DNA of 64,000 nt from Macrostomum lignano (lineage: Eukaryota): the NCBI GenBank assembly GCA_002269645.1, contig NIVC01001000.1:1-64000 (forward strand), read 5' to 3'. Position 1 is the stretch's first letter. Every line of letters starts with the position of its first letter. Below are positions 16,928-38,614 of this stretch, piece by piece. The position numbers were made by a program, and so were the translations under genes. The notes beneath the pieces were generated by a model. It did not search any database. It was given only the letters and a program-made list of their open reading frames with translations, and was not told the origin of the DNA.

Positions 16928-19900
16928 ATGGAAACCATGCCGGGAACCAGTCGCGGTTCGATCGGTTTTCAACACAACCAGCAGCCCCAGCAGCAACAGC
17001 AGCTGCAACAGTCGCAGGTGCAAGCCGGAAATTCCAACCGACAGCAGCGCTCGATGTCGCACAAATGCAGCTGGATGCCTTGCGCAATAATGTGCCCGCT
17101 GATGCTGCTAATCTTCCTGATTATCGGTGGCCTATCGGTGACCACCGTGTGCATTTCCATAGACAGGGGACCCTTGTGCACCAGAAATTTGTCTAGACCG
17201 GCGCGAGCGAGCAAAGCCAGAGTCAAGTATGTATGGACGCAGTGGGCGCAGTGCAGCAACAGCATCAGGTGCAGCGCGGGAGACAAGATCCGGTATGCCT
17301 ATACTTATCGTTAGGTCGAGTGCCAGACTTCTTGAACGTTTTTCTCTTTAGCCTTTAGGCAGATAAAATCGTTGCAGTTTTGATAGAATCATTATTTCGT
17401 CTCATCAAAAGGGTTTTGAGGCATAAGAGACATCATTTTGAGACATCAGAGACATGGAGACCTATTGACGGTAGATTAGTTCCAGAGTCCGGACCCTTGG
17501 GATGCACCCCGACCAAGAGCTCAATGACCAAGCAAGAGGCTATGATTATTTCATAATCATAATTTCCAGCAATTTCTGAATTATTTTAAATTCCCCACAT
17601 TTTTATCTTCGAAATATCTTCGTACTTTCATTGACTTTCTTTGTTTCTAGAAAATTTATACTTTTAAATAGACGCTTTTTGGAAACTATTTCAGATGAAA
17701 GCTGAAGAAAAATCTAAAATCAGAATTATTTTATCTACCTAAATTTCAAGAAGTCTCAAGTGCCTTCAAATAGATTATAAGTCAATGCAGCGCTACATAC
17801 TCGTACGATTGGTTTTCCCATTCTAACTCAGCCTACGAGCAATCTATCTCATCCAAATGGTTTATTTCAATGCCACAGACTTCAAGATACCCTAATATGC
17901 TGAGATTGCAGTTACATGACAAGCAAAATTATTTATATACATATCTCTAAAGACTGATTCCATGTACGTGAAAAAGCATTTAACAACACAGTTCACCCTG
18001 CTAGTCTTCAACTCTATTCCTAGAATACGCTTGCTCAAAGGCTAGCCGGCTGTCCACACCCAAGCTTAAACTGTGTGCCGTGTCGGCATTGGTTGTTTAC
18101 ACCAGTGTCAAGGAGGAAGACAAGATAAAATCACATAGAGCATGTGTGTTTGTGCTTTGAATTAGATTGGTTGCTCGTAGGCTGAGTTAGAATGCGAAAA
18201 CCAATAAAGTGTAGATGCTAAATATTTCAGGTTCAGCGAGGCCAAAGGCAAGAGCGAAACAGCTTCCCCGGTCACGACAATGCAGATGCAGCCATGCAAG
18301 TCTAGCGATGCCTGTCCGCGTGAGTGTACACACTTTGCATAGCATGCAGTGGTGCAATTTGTCACCATGCGGGATGTGCCCATGTCCTTTACAATTTCCA
18401 CCCCGTAGAGCTTGGGTCTTGGTCGTACTGGATGGAGTGGTCGAGCTGCACGCAGACTTGCGGCGAATTCGGTCTGTTTGTTCGCCAGCGCCAATGCTTG
18501 AACTCGAAGAAGGAGGTGATTGATGCGGAACACTGCGACGGACTGTTCCACGAAGCTCAGAGTTGCGGAAATCGAACGAGTTGCAGCACCGCATCGGGTG
18601 AGTGACAGTTTTCAGTTAGCCGCTCCCTCGAGTTAAATACCGTAATTTTCAGATTCAGTGTCCAATTACTCTCTGAAATAGTACATGTGCACGAAACAAA
18701 AGTGTTACAAACGGAAAATATTCTAGGAATTTAGGCTGTAGGTAAAAAATTAGATCATTTCAGCTCGGTTTGAAGACTGATTTCTTGTCAGCTACTGCCG
18801 CTCTGTTCCAGTGCATCTAGACTTGACCGTGATTATTTTCAGCTGATCTATATTCCTAAATGTGATGTAACCGCCCTTGTCGCCTGTCCGCTCCGTAGAG
18901 AGACGAACGCATGACTAGAGGGGGCAATGACCGTAGGCTGCCTATGACCGGGCAATGACCTGACGGACCTCCAGCACCAGACTGTCCCGCCCACATGATT
19001 AGTAGCTTTGGTAGCGCTTCGTGACCAGAGGGCCAAGGACCCACATGGACCCCACCTGTAGCCAAGGTGCAATAGTTGGTCACTCGGTCATGGTATGACC
19101 GAGTGGCTGCCACCACTCTATGTGACCTGGCGCACCTGGATCTTTCTACCAGACCTCTCGAGGCTAGAGCCCCGCCTGGATTGGTTACCAGGGGATTTAG
19201 GCTAACAGGGGAGACGCATGCAGCCGAGTACAGGGACTCTGCTTGGGGCATGATCGGGAACTCTGGGCTCAATCCTGGAGGATTTCTCAGCAGGGGATCC
19301 TTTGTGGCTGTGAGCGAGGCTGACTTGCGACTTTGATTACTAAGAGTAGTATGAGGCGAACATGTACTGTCTACAGTTTAGATTGCTCAGGGCGAAGGGA
19401 CGCGTTAGCATGGGGTTGCAACCTTCCTACTGCCATTCTGTGCCAAGACTCGCTAATCCCTCTACTGCACGCACACGCGGCCCCGCAGCACGCACTCACA
19501 GGCGGGCTGTGCACGGGGAGAGGCCATTAGCTTACCCAAACTTCCTTATGCTTTGCCACCCCGGGAGAAAGGCTTAGCAAGCCATGAGTGAAATGATGGT
19601 GAAAGATTGAATAATGATGAAGTTAGTTAATAGTTAATAATTAGGCCCTTAGGCGAATAATCAGGCAATTAGGCGGCTTCACTATTGAGTAAAATACAGC
19701 AAAAGATACGGTATCACAATTGGCTCAGCTCTCTAATCAGACAATGGAAAATAGGCAAACCCCGGATAAGCAAAGGCAATTAGAGCACAAATTAGTAACA
19801 GGAACTTACCGGCAGCTGCACAGAGAGAGAGAGAGGCGGAGTGACCGGTGGCGGCTGTAGGCTGCAATCAGGCAGACGGTGAAGCGGCGATGCGCTGGAG

Positions 19901-22900
19901 CGACGAGGCGCTGATGTGGATCAGGCGATGCTGATGATGCTGGGCGGTGTCAGACCGCTGGCCGATAGGCGAGCTCACTTGGGGAGCTAAGGATAACTTG
20001 GCGGTAACAGACCGCGGACCGGCAGGGACTCGTCTTATAGACGAATGGGTCAGAACTCAATCTGACGGCAAGTCTAAAGAAGGACGAGGAGAGGAAAAGT
20101 GATAAACTCAGTTGAGTATTCTCATGCCGAAATCGCTTCCTTTTATAGACCTCACAGCCGCCTCCTCAAGGTCGTTACCATGGCTCCCTCTCTCTGATTG
20201 GCTGCCGGCAGAATGACGTCAGAATGAGTCATGATGAGAAGCATGAGACCGGCATAGCAACATGAGAAATCGGGAAATTGCGCAATCCGGAGGTGGGGTG
20301 GGGGGATAATTGGCGCAGCGGGTGGTCGCGAAAGTGTTGCGCAAGCAAACATTGAGAACAATAGGGCTGGGGTCGAGAACAAAGGAATTGGAAATCGGGG
20401 ATAATTGGGGAAAACTGAGGACAAGGGAAAAGTAAACATTGGAGAAAAGGTGATAATTAGGTGCGAAAACGAGAACAAAAGAAAGAGAAAATCGGAGAAA
20501 ATGTGATAATTGGTGGGGGTCGAGAGAACAAAAGAAGCAAAAACGAGAACAATAGAAGCGGAGGTGGGTGGGTGTCACATGAGAAATTTGGGAAGGAGAA
20601 CAATAGCGTGAGAAAAGGTTGCGCAAGAGAGGGGGATGAGTCATCGATGAGTCACCGAGGGGGAGAAGGGGTCACACGACTTGCGTCACCGTTTGGGAGT
20701 TTGAGAGGGGATGGGGAGACGGTGAGCACACAACGTACTGTAAGTAGACACAGGGAAAGAGGGGACAGCGCAGGAAAAGAGTGCAGAGGGAGACAAAAAA
20801 AAAGGAGGAGGTAGAGAAAGTACAGGAAGAATAGGGCGGGAACAGAAGAGATAGGGTAGAGGGGGAGGTACAGAAAGGGGTAGGGGCTCCGGAAAGGCAG
20901 GTGTGGCGGCAGGAGAGACGGGACCAAGGCAGCAGGAGGGGTGCAGCAGAGCGGGAGTCTCCAGGCCCGGTCGGAGACCTGGCCGAGTCTCGACAGCTCT
21001 GTGCAGAGGGTGCACGGGATAGGAGGCACTTTCGAAAAAGTTCCCATGCCCTATCCCGCGACCAGAGCGTGGTTACATCAAATGTATCATAAAAAGTATT
21101 ATGCAATGCGCACTCAGAGGATTGCTGGTTTTTACATTTTACGATAATAGTTGTGGCGAATTAATTGGAGTGAAAAGAGTATTGTAGAATTGTGATGAAT
21201 TCCTCTGTTGGAATTTCCATTGTAAAAGTTCCAACTATACACTTGAACAGGAAGTAAACTTCACTCTCTATCCCACATGGTTCTTTCATTCTTTGGGCAG
21301 TGCCTGATCTCGTTACTGCATCTTCGGTCTCGCACTTCTCATTCGTCAATTCTTTCGCAAGCTAATTTATGGTTTGCTAATCTAAACTTTGACGAGGTGC
21401 GCTGGAATTCTGGATTGAATATTTCTAGGAATACGCTCCTAATTCTCGGCCGAGTTTAATACCATTTAGAATTGTAGTCTGTCTCCAGTGTCTCCAGTGG
21501 CGTATATTACAATACTTTTCCGCAAATGATTCCCACCTGAAATTCTACAAGGCCTTGCTTCACCCATTGTTTCAATGAAATGCCGGGCACTGATGGATCA
21601 AAAGTTTGTCTGGATGCCATGGTCGAGCTGAAGTCAACCTTCTTTGTCACCTATTTCATGTAAAGATTGCCATCTCCTTGATCCTTGATTGACATTTCAG
21701 CCTCAACGGGTTCAACTTCTGACACAAACGACACATCATCTACAACTATGAACAGTACGGTCGGCATTGGTTCTATCGCGAACGGCATGACCTCTGCGAA
21801 AAATATGAGCACTGGTTCGCATGGTACAGTCTCTACCGTCTCTTGGTCCCAGTGGTCGGCTTGGTCGCCATGTTCTGCCACCTGTCAGATTACCGGTATG
21901 CGATCGCGTACGCGCCAATGCATCGATGCTCGAACAGGAGCTCGTTCCACTGAACTATCTTGCGCTGGCGGCTCCGATCAAGTACAATTCTGCGCTGGTC
22001 CCAGCAGTGTTGCTTGTTCTACGCGTAAGAGTCTTATATTATTGTGTGGCTTCTAATTTTTTTACTGAACTGAAGTCTATTGTTTGCTTGCTATATATAC
22101 GAAGTTTTGGCTTCCTAATAGCTGGCACGTGCAAAACGATTACTTCATTGTCGAGTTCCCGTGTGACGAATATCTGACGGTGAGAATTCGCGTGCTGACT
22201 TGCTGCTACGCCAATTAGTGCAGGTGAAAACGCACGAGTGGTAACGAAATCAGGTGTCTAATGTCTACTGGCATGGGTAGGAATAATTAATCGAATGCGC
22301 GACACTGCATTTCGGTGGGCAGAATTCTATCGCAAGCTATCAACTTGTTAGTTATACAATTATATCTAGCTCATAACAGCCGAGCTCCCAAGAATGCCCT
22401 CCTCTGAGAAGGCGCAAAATTTAACAGTTTAAATATAAAGACCTTAGCGACTTTAAATTCAGTCTACAATTAAGTATTGTTACGTCGTAATAGGGGTTTT
22501 AGCCTAATGGTTAGAGCGTCGGACTCACGATTTGAGGGTCGGGGGTTCGACTCCACTAGAAGGGGTCTCACTGAAACAGTTTGTGTCCTTGAACAATACT
22601 ACTTAGCTCTTGAATACTAGAGTTTGAATTGGGTGAATTGCTTCAGTTTAGCCAGCTATAAAATGGGTGCCAGCACTAGCTGGGGTAATTGAGGGTGTGT
22701 GTGGCGACCCCCCAGTCCTTGGAACTGAACAGCCGTACGCAGCCTTCAGATGCGCCGCGCAAAAGCTGCGGCTGAGCTGTCGGTTGCACATCTGGCCCAA
22801 TTGGGTCAGTTGAATTCTGACATGAAAAACTATTCATATAATTGAGATACGTAGTAAATACTTTTAATGAACAATTAATGAAGGATTGTGGAATTAAAAT

Positions 22901-23674
22901 GACACGTCGACGTCACACCCGGCACTCCGCCGTTTTTTTCATTCGAATGGATTTCAATATCCTGATTCACGAGAATTGGCGTTAACAGCTATTAGAGCAG
23001 TAGCTATCTGTGCCAAACAGCAGGTGCAGGCACCGCTATTGGTCGCAATGGTAAACTTAGACAGCCTGTTTTGACGCGAGAGTTCGCAACCGTCAATGCA
23101 TCCATTATACTCAGTCACTCATTGAATCGATTCATATTTTTAATAACTGGATGGATGGATTGTCACCGATATTACTATTTATAGACAAGTTGGGTTTATC
23201 AGTAGCGCTGTTGTATCATTTGTATCCGTGTCGCCAGTTTCTAGAAATGCTTTTAGCAGTCTACCTTCTTGGAGGCTAGTTGTCGCGGAGCTATATTAAT
23301 TGCAACATTCTCTTATATCTCCCCAATAGCTGCGACAGCGCTGACAATGCTCAGAGCCATCCGAGACCTAACCAAATCGCAGTCTGTGGCCTGGCTGCAA
23401 TGGTCAGCCTGGTCGGCTTGCTCCGCCACCTGTTCTCCACCTGACGGAGTTCAAAAGCGCAGTCGTCAGTGCGGTGGCCTACAGACAGAAGTCAGCTTTG
23501 CCGACACTGCCAAATGCGGCGGGCACAGCTACGAGGAGCGCAGTTGTTTGAGTAGTCGAAATTGCGCGTCCTGTAAGTTTGCGGTTTGTTCGTTTTGTTT
23601 CTTGGCGTTATTTATAGAAGCTGACCTTTGATTTCTTGTGCACAGATTTATGTTCCCCGGCGCACTTTAAGTGA
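16928..23674 (+). CDS. Cluster gene g3: type II membrane protein, polyQ tail-TM-TSRx2-Ser/Thr stalk-TSRx2
   Basis: Exons 16928-17292, 18231-18319, 18409-18597, 21701-22024, 23330-23572 and a tentative terminal exon 23646-23674; phases 2,1,1,1,1. TM CPLMLLIFLIIGGLSV then CISIDRGPLC. The 3' end is uncertain. Confidence 0.75.
18863..21080 (-). mobile_element. 2.2-kb solo-LTR-like insertion in g3 intron 3
   Basis: Termini TGATGTAACC (18863-18872) and GGTTACATCA (21071-21080); AATG target-site duplication at 18859-18862 and 21081-21084; no recognisable coding domain. Confidence 0.75.
20141..20231 (-). promoter_or_regulatory. Pol II promoter-like module inside the LTR-like insertion
   Basis: Minus-strand TATAAAAG (20140-20147), CCAAT (20197-20201), CRE TGACGTCA (20214-20221), AP-1 TGAGTCA (20225-20231) in canonical order. 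Confidence 0.5.
22493..22809 (+). mobile_element. tRNA-derived SINE family A
   Basis: A box TAGCCTAATGGTTAGAGC, B box GGTTCGACTCC, core resembling CORE-SINE (gtgtccttg...taaaatggg); three more copies in the window. Confidence 0.85.
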
Positions 23675-23985
23675 CATTGTCACACAATCGGCGAGTGACA
23701 TTGCTGCCCATTCCGCCGACTCCCCTGAGTAGGCACACAAGCGCGCGGATACGTACGCAGGCACACACTCACACAGGAGTGTACAGCGGCCCCAACTTTA
23801 TTTATCGTTAGGCATATACATCACTGTGCCTTGCGGCGGAGGTTGGGCTTCAAGGCCGTTAATTGCACGAGCAGAGCCAAGCCGAGATTCCAATTTAGAT
23901 TCAAATTAATGTGACTGCATGCACTTGGAATCGAGCCTGGGCCGCTGGCACATCAGAGAACCGCGCTAGTGTACTAGGCTACAGT
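23655..23985 (-). mobile_element. tRNA-derived SINE family B
   Basis: Shared ~330-bp body; tRNA-like head (tagcc-agt...ggctcgattcc) at the right end. Confidence 0.85.
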
Positions 23986-24558
23986 CCCCATGAATGACCC
24001 CAGAACTAAGAAAAATTCTGTCGGATTTTAACTCATTTAAGTTGAATCAGCAAACAGAATTTCAAGCCGTTATTTTCAGATCTACCATAGCGTGCAACTG
24101 CCTGGGACTCCAGCTGGGCACAGAACTCGAACTCGCAAATGCCTTAGAAGAGTCTGAGGAGTGGTCCAACTGCTGACGGCTGACTGGCTTTGTTCTAACC
24201 GGTACAAATGTTTTAGAAGCTTAATTATGACTTTTGCTTTCTATATATCTCGTAATACAATAATTGAAATAAGTTCTCTATATAAAATTTACCTGAGAAA
24301 CTTACTTGTAAATAGATTATTGACAAGAAATAGAGTTGACTCAATATTCAGACAAGAATCTAATAAGTAGTCATGCAGTACTACTCAACTTCCTCCTTAT
24401 GAAGTACATGCAAGTTTTACTTTTACGCCAGATAAAGGCTTTTACCTACAAAACAAGAGCAAATTTATGTAGAAACTCTCTCATTTTTTTCGTTTTTTAC
24501 GACCGAGGCTTTAATAATACTCTTTTGTCATGTTGCGCTCATCTGGCCTTGGGCTGCT

Positions 24559-24866
24559 GGGTCGTAGCCCAGTGGTCTGGCGCGGCGCTCTGATGTGCCA
24601 GCGGCCCAGGCTCGATTCCCAGTGCAGTCACATTAATTTGGAGGCTAAATTGGAATCTCGGCTTGGCTCTGCTCGTGCAATTAACGTCCTTGAGGGCCAA
24701 CCCCCAAGGCACAGTGAAGTGTACATGCCCAATGATAACTAAAGTTAGGGCCGCCGTACACCCTGTGTACTGAGTACGTATCCGCGCTTGTGTGCCTGCT
24801 CAGGGGAGTCGGCGGAATGGGCAGTAATGCCTCTCGACGATTGTGTGACAATGTCCCTTAAAGTGC
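24559..24866 (+). mobile_element. SINE family B copy
   Basis: gtcgtagcccagtgg...ggctcgattccc head; body matches the reverse complement of 23655-23985. Confidence 0.85.
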
Positions 24867-24954
24867 CCATTGAGGGGTACCTGCGATAAAAGCAGTGGAA
24901 GTATTGTTAAAAACAGTGAATAATGTTGATTAAAAGATCCAGAAAGCAAAAAGC

Positions 24955-33484
<8,530 letters not shown>

Positions 33485-33746
33485 CTTGCACTTGGCTTGG
33501 TAAGTTTTGAGGGCCTGCAGTTGCTTTAATTAATACTCTGAATTACTGCAGTCTCTTGTAGCCGTATGTTATGCATCTGTCGAGAGGACTGCTTCCATAG
33601 ACAGCATGATTTTAAAAATGAATTTTTAATTTTAGTATATAGGATTAAGCCATTTTTTCTCTAATCCATCACATAGATAGATACCTACCGACAAACCATT
33701 TTTAGTATATTGGAAGTGTGGCAGCGTCTGTGTACGAGATCTAATC

Positions 33747-34520
33747 GAATTAGGTACCACTGACTTCAGTTGGGCATTAACTGTCTTGAATTAGGTACCA
33801 CTGACTTCAGTTGGGCATTAACTGTCTTGAATTAGGTACCACTGACTTCAGTTGGGCATTAACTGTCTTGAATTAGGTACCACTGACTTCAGTTGGGCAT
33901 TAACTGTCTTGAATTAGGTACCACTGACTTCAGTTGGGCATTAACTGTCTTGAATTAGGTACCACTGACTTCAGTTGGGCATTAACTGTCTTGAATTAGG
34001 TACCACTGACTTCAGTTGGGCATTAACTGTCTTGAATTAGGTACCACTGACTTCAGTTGGGCATTAACTGTCTTGAATTAGGTACCACTGACTTCAGTTG
34101 GGCATTAACTGTCTTGAATTAGGTACCACTGACTTCAGTTGGGCATTAACTGTCTTGAATTAGGTACCACTGACTTCAGTTGGGCATTAACTGTCTTGAA
34201 TTAGGTACCACTGACTTCAGTTGGGCATTAACTGTCTTGAATTAGGTACCACTGACTTCAGTTGGGCATTAACTGTCTTGAATTAGGTACCACTGACTTC
34301 AGTTGGGCATTAACTGTCTTGAATTAGGTACCACTGACTTCAGTTGGGCATTAACTGTCTTGAATTAGGTACCACTGACTTCAGTTCGGCATTAACTGTC
34401 TTGAATTAGGTACCACTGACTTCAGTTAGGCTTTAACTGTCTTGAATTAGGTACCACTGACTTCAATTAGATACCACTGACTTCAATTAGGTACCACTGA
34501 CTTTAATTAGGTACCACTTG
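33747..34520. repeat. 41-bp minisatellite (~17 copies plus shortened tail units)
   Basis: Unit gaattaggtaccactgacttcagttgggcattaactgtctt with no spacers. Confidence 0.97.
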
Positions 34521-34704
34521 CTTCAATACGACTGTTACCAAATCACATTAAAGAATTAAGAAAGTGCAGGAAAACGGTCGGTTGTTAATGCAGCAATTTT
34601 TTTTACTTTACGAGCACAGCTTTAAAATAAATAAGATCTTATTTTGCAGTATATTAAAGTTCAGTTTGAAGTCATACACTGGTACGCTAGCTGTGCGCTG
34701 TCGT

Positions 34705-37437
34705 TCAAAAATTGCATACGTCGGATTCGAAGTACAATCCTGCGCAGTACTTGTCCGCAACGTTCATATTATCAGAGACGCATTCGCGGAAACGAAATTT
34801 CAATGGACTTTTGATTTGCTTGCACAGACCCCACTGACTCCAGTGGGTCCAGGTTGCTGCAAATTTTAGTGAATGAAAATGAAAGAATTTAGTGATCATT
34901 TTCTGTTACCTGGCTTTCTTCTATAATGCAATCATATTGACTGCTCCTATCAGCTACACTCTGGCGCTACTATCAGCTACATTCTGGCGCTACTATCAGC
35001 TACAGTCTGGCGCTACTATCAGCTACAGTCTGGCGCTACTATCAGCTACAGTCTGGCGCTACTATCAGCTACAGTCTGGCGCTACTATCAGCTACAGTCT
35101 GGCGCTACTATCAGCTACAGTCTGGCGCTACTATCAGCTACAGTCTGGCGCTACTATCAGCTACACTCTGGCGCTACTATCAGCTACACTCTGGCGCTAC
35201 TATCAGCTACAGTCTGGCGCTACTATCAGCTACACTCTGGCGCTACTATCAGCTACACTCTGGCGCTACTATCAGCTACACTCTGGCGCTACTATCAGCT
35301 ACAGTCTGGCGCTACTATCAGCTACAGTCTGGCGCTACTATCAGCTACACTCTGGCGCTACTATCAGCTACACTCTGGCGCTACTATCAGCTACAGTCTG
35401 GCGCTACTATCAGCTACACTCTGGCGCTACTATCAGCTACACTCTGGCGCTACTATCAGCTACACTCTGGCGCTACTATCAGCTACACTCTGGCGCTACT
35501 ATCAGCTACACTCTGGCGCTACTATCAGCTACAGTCTGGCGCTACTATCAGCTACAGTCTGGCGCTACTATCAGCTACAGTCTGGTGCTACTATCAGCTA
35601 CAGTCTGGCGCTACTATCAGCTACACTCTGGCGCTACTATCAGCTACACTCTGGCGCTCCTATAGACTATAATGGTTTATAAACGCTCATGAGGGCCAGA
35701 CACCAAAAGCAGAAATGATGTACAACTTAATGGCCATGGAAACATCAGGGTCACTGTACATCACCGTGTGACCTTGCTTAAGTTTTCTACTAAGCTTAGA
35801 AGTCAATAAAAAGGCTTGTCTGTCTTGATTTTGTCACCTTGATATTCGGTATAGTGTCCTAAAGCTCCCCAGCTGTGACCATTTGAAAGCCACTTACCAT
35901 TTCCGCACGGTGTACCAACATTACAGCTTTGAGTTTCAATTGCCGTGCCTGATAAACACTTGCTGGGGTCATTTCTCATTAGCCGACTTGTTGAAGTGTC
36001 TTGGCAGCTTCTGGTTCGCTGTTGTACGCCTTCAATACAGGACTTTCTGCACGGTGTCCAAGATGACCAGTCCGTCCATTGGAAACCTATTTTTGAGAGT
36101 CAAATAGAAGCGAGTTTAATGTTGCTTGTTCGCTAATTCTCTCTTAAAAAACCAGACACAATCCAACTTACCACTGGCAAACTTGCACAGAGTGCTATTC
36201 TCTGTTGGACAGGGCCGAGTCTCAACTTCGGCAGGCCTGTTGGAACCAGCTGGTCGAGAGCTGGAAGTGTTTTCAACGCATACGCTGATGATGTAGTTTA
36301 CATCATTTGTAAGCTTCAAGCATGCCGGCACCACACCATGCAGGCTCCTTCCCAAAATATAATCAAGGCATTTTTCAAGAGCACTGACAAGGCTCTCAAC
36401 AAGAACATCATCCAGGCCCCATCTAGAAACATCATCCAGGCACCATCTAGGAACACCATCCAGGCACCATCTAGAAACATAATCTAGGCACCATCTAGGA
36501 ACACCATCCAGGCACCATCTAGAAACATCATCCAGGCACCATCTAGGAACACCATCCAGGCACCATCTAGAAACATCATCCAGGCACCATCTAAGAACAT
36601 CATCCAGGCACCATCTAGGAACACCATCCAGGCACCATCTAGAAACATAATCTAGGCACCATCTAGGAGCATCATCCAGGCACCATCTAGGAACATCATC
36701 CAGGCACCATCTAGGAGCATCATCCAGGCACCATCTAGGAACATCATCCAGGCACCATCTAGGAACATCATCCAGGCACCATCTAGCAAAATCATCCAGG
36801 CACCATCTAGGAACATCATCCAGGCACCATCTAGGAACATCATCCAGGCACCATCTAGGAACATCATCCAGGCACCATCTAGGAACATCATCCAGACAAC
36901 ATCTAAGAATCTAAGAACACCACCCAGGCACCATCCAAGAACACCATCAAAACACAATTTAAAAACATGCCCCAGACCCTCTCAAAGAACTCCAACGAGC
37001 TACAATATAAGAACTATTAAGGTTTTCTGCAAAAACACCAGCCAAGCACTATCCAGACAGAGCCATTTCAGACACTATCCAAGTTAGTTCCCGTGTTAAA
37101 AAAAGGTAAAAACAGGTCATCTAAGATGAATCGATAGCTAAGAATTGTAATTTATTCACCGATTTTGCTGACTGCCGCAACTCAGACTGCAACTGGTCCA
37201 CTGGGTCCACTCAAAGGAGCCGGTAGACTTGCTGGCAGTGCAGAACAGGCCTCTCTGTAGAGCTATACAAGCCGTGTTGATGTTAGCAATGCATAACATA
37301 GTTAATGGAATAGAAACACTGCAGATTAAATAACCAATCGATACAGTATTCGCCTGTATTAGCACAGTTTTTGGAAATGCTTTGTCAGTTTTCCTGCCGC
37401 TGGAAGCTTCAACCTGAGCAGTTCTTTCTTTTTCCAT
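34705..37437 (-). CDS. Cluster gene g5: type II membrane protein, TM-TSRx3
   Basis: Exons 37437-37160, 36284-36172, 36086-35898, 34856-34705 (TGA); phases 2,1,1. Motif CIALQRGLFC; TSRs WTQWTSCSLSCG, WTDWSSWTPCRKSC, WTHWSQWGLC. Confidence 0.82.
34945..35665. repeat. 23-bp minisatellite ctggcgctactatcagctaca(c/g)t in g5 intron 3
   Basis: About 31 copies. Confidence 0.97.
36405..36950. repeat. 24-bp minisatellite catccaggcaccatctaggaacat in g5 intron 1
   Basis: About 22 copies. Confidence 0.95.
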
Positions 37438-37599
37438 TAATACCGAATTGATGACGTCCTACAATTTAGTGTATTATCTAACTTCTGAAATATTTATAAC
37501 TTCTCAACTTTATTTAGTCGTCACTTTCTGAGTTTTTGACATAGACAAATTCGAAAGACAATTGCTTAACGTTACAATGCATAGCAATTTGATTCTGGC

Positions 37600-38450
37600 G
37601 CCGTATCTAAGATCATTGTGGCGCTATATCTAAGATTAGTGTGACGCTTTATCTAAGATGATCTTGGGGCTATATCTAAGATGATTGTGGCGCTATATCT
37701 AAGTTGATTGTGGCGCTATATCTAAGATGATTGTGGCGCTATATCTAAGATGATTGCGTCGCTATATCTAAGATGATTGTGGCGCTATATCTAAGATGAT
37801 TGTGGCGCTATATCTAAGATGATTGTGGCGCTGTATCTAAGATGATTGTGGCGCTATATCTAAGATGATTGTGGCGCTATATCTAAGATGATTGTGGCGC
37901 TATATCTAAGATGATTGTGGCGCTATATCTAAGTTGATTGTGGCGCTATATCTAAGTTTATTGTGGCGCTATATCTAAGATGATTGTGGCGCTATATCTA
38001 AGAAGATTGTGGCGCTATATCTAAGATGATTGTGGCACTATATCTAAGATGATTGTGGCGCTATATCTAAGATGATTGTGGCGCTATATCTAAGATGATT
38101 GTGGCGCTATATCTAAGATGATTGTGGCGCTATATCTAAGATGATTGTGGCGCTATATCTGAGATGTTATTGGCGCTATATCTAAGAAGATTGTGGCGCT
38201 ATATCTAAGAAGCTTGTGGCGCTATATCTAAGATGATTGTGGCGCTATATCTAAGATGATTGTGGCGCTATATCTAAGATGATTGTGGCGCTATATCTAA
38301 GATGATTGTGGCGCTGTATCTAAGATGATTGTGGCGCTATATCTGAGATGTTATTGGCGCTATATCTAAGATGATTGTGGCGCTATATCTAAGATGATTG
38401 TGGCGCTATATTTAAGAAGATTGTGGCGCTATATCTAAGATGATTGTGGC
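37600..38450. repeat. 23-bp minisatellite gtggcgctatatctaagatgatt
   Basis: About 36 copies between g6 and g5. Confidence 0.97.
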
Positions 38451-38614
38451 GCATACAATGCATTTATTGATACTTGAAAGCAATTATGCCTGTTTATAGG
38501 CATTGTAGAGATGCAACTTCAATGCACACACACGCTCGTATTTTATAACTTCGATTTTTTACGTTTAGCCTGGGCAATCTTATTACTATATCATATTAAA
38601 TAAGTCACAGTTCG

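Noticed and set aside
18848-21147. Many short ORFs inside the LTR-like insertion
   Set aside because: No gag/pol/env motif; they follow GA-rich and GC-rich composition.
22122-22178. Possible micro-exon of g3 (AG at 22121, GTGAG at 22179)
   Set aside because: The phase-1 reading hits TGA at 22175; the open reading (WHVQNDYFIVEFPCDEYLT) is phase-incompatible with its neighbours. An alternative terminal exon is not excluded.
22493-22570. tRNA genes at SINE heads
   Set aside because: A/B boxes are present but each is fused to the same downstream body in several copies and I could not fold a full cloverleaf.
24080-24200. TSR-like scrap GTPAGHRTRTRKCL after a good acceptor
   Set aside because: No WxxW half, in-frame stops, wrong phase; at most a decayed exon.
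33747-34520. 41-bp array (and the 45-bp array at 3736) as a CRISPR array
   Set aside because: Head-to-tail repeats with no unique spacers, no cas genes, eukaryotic context.
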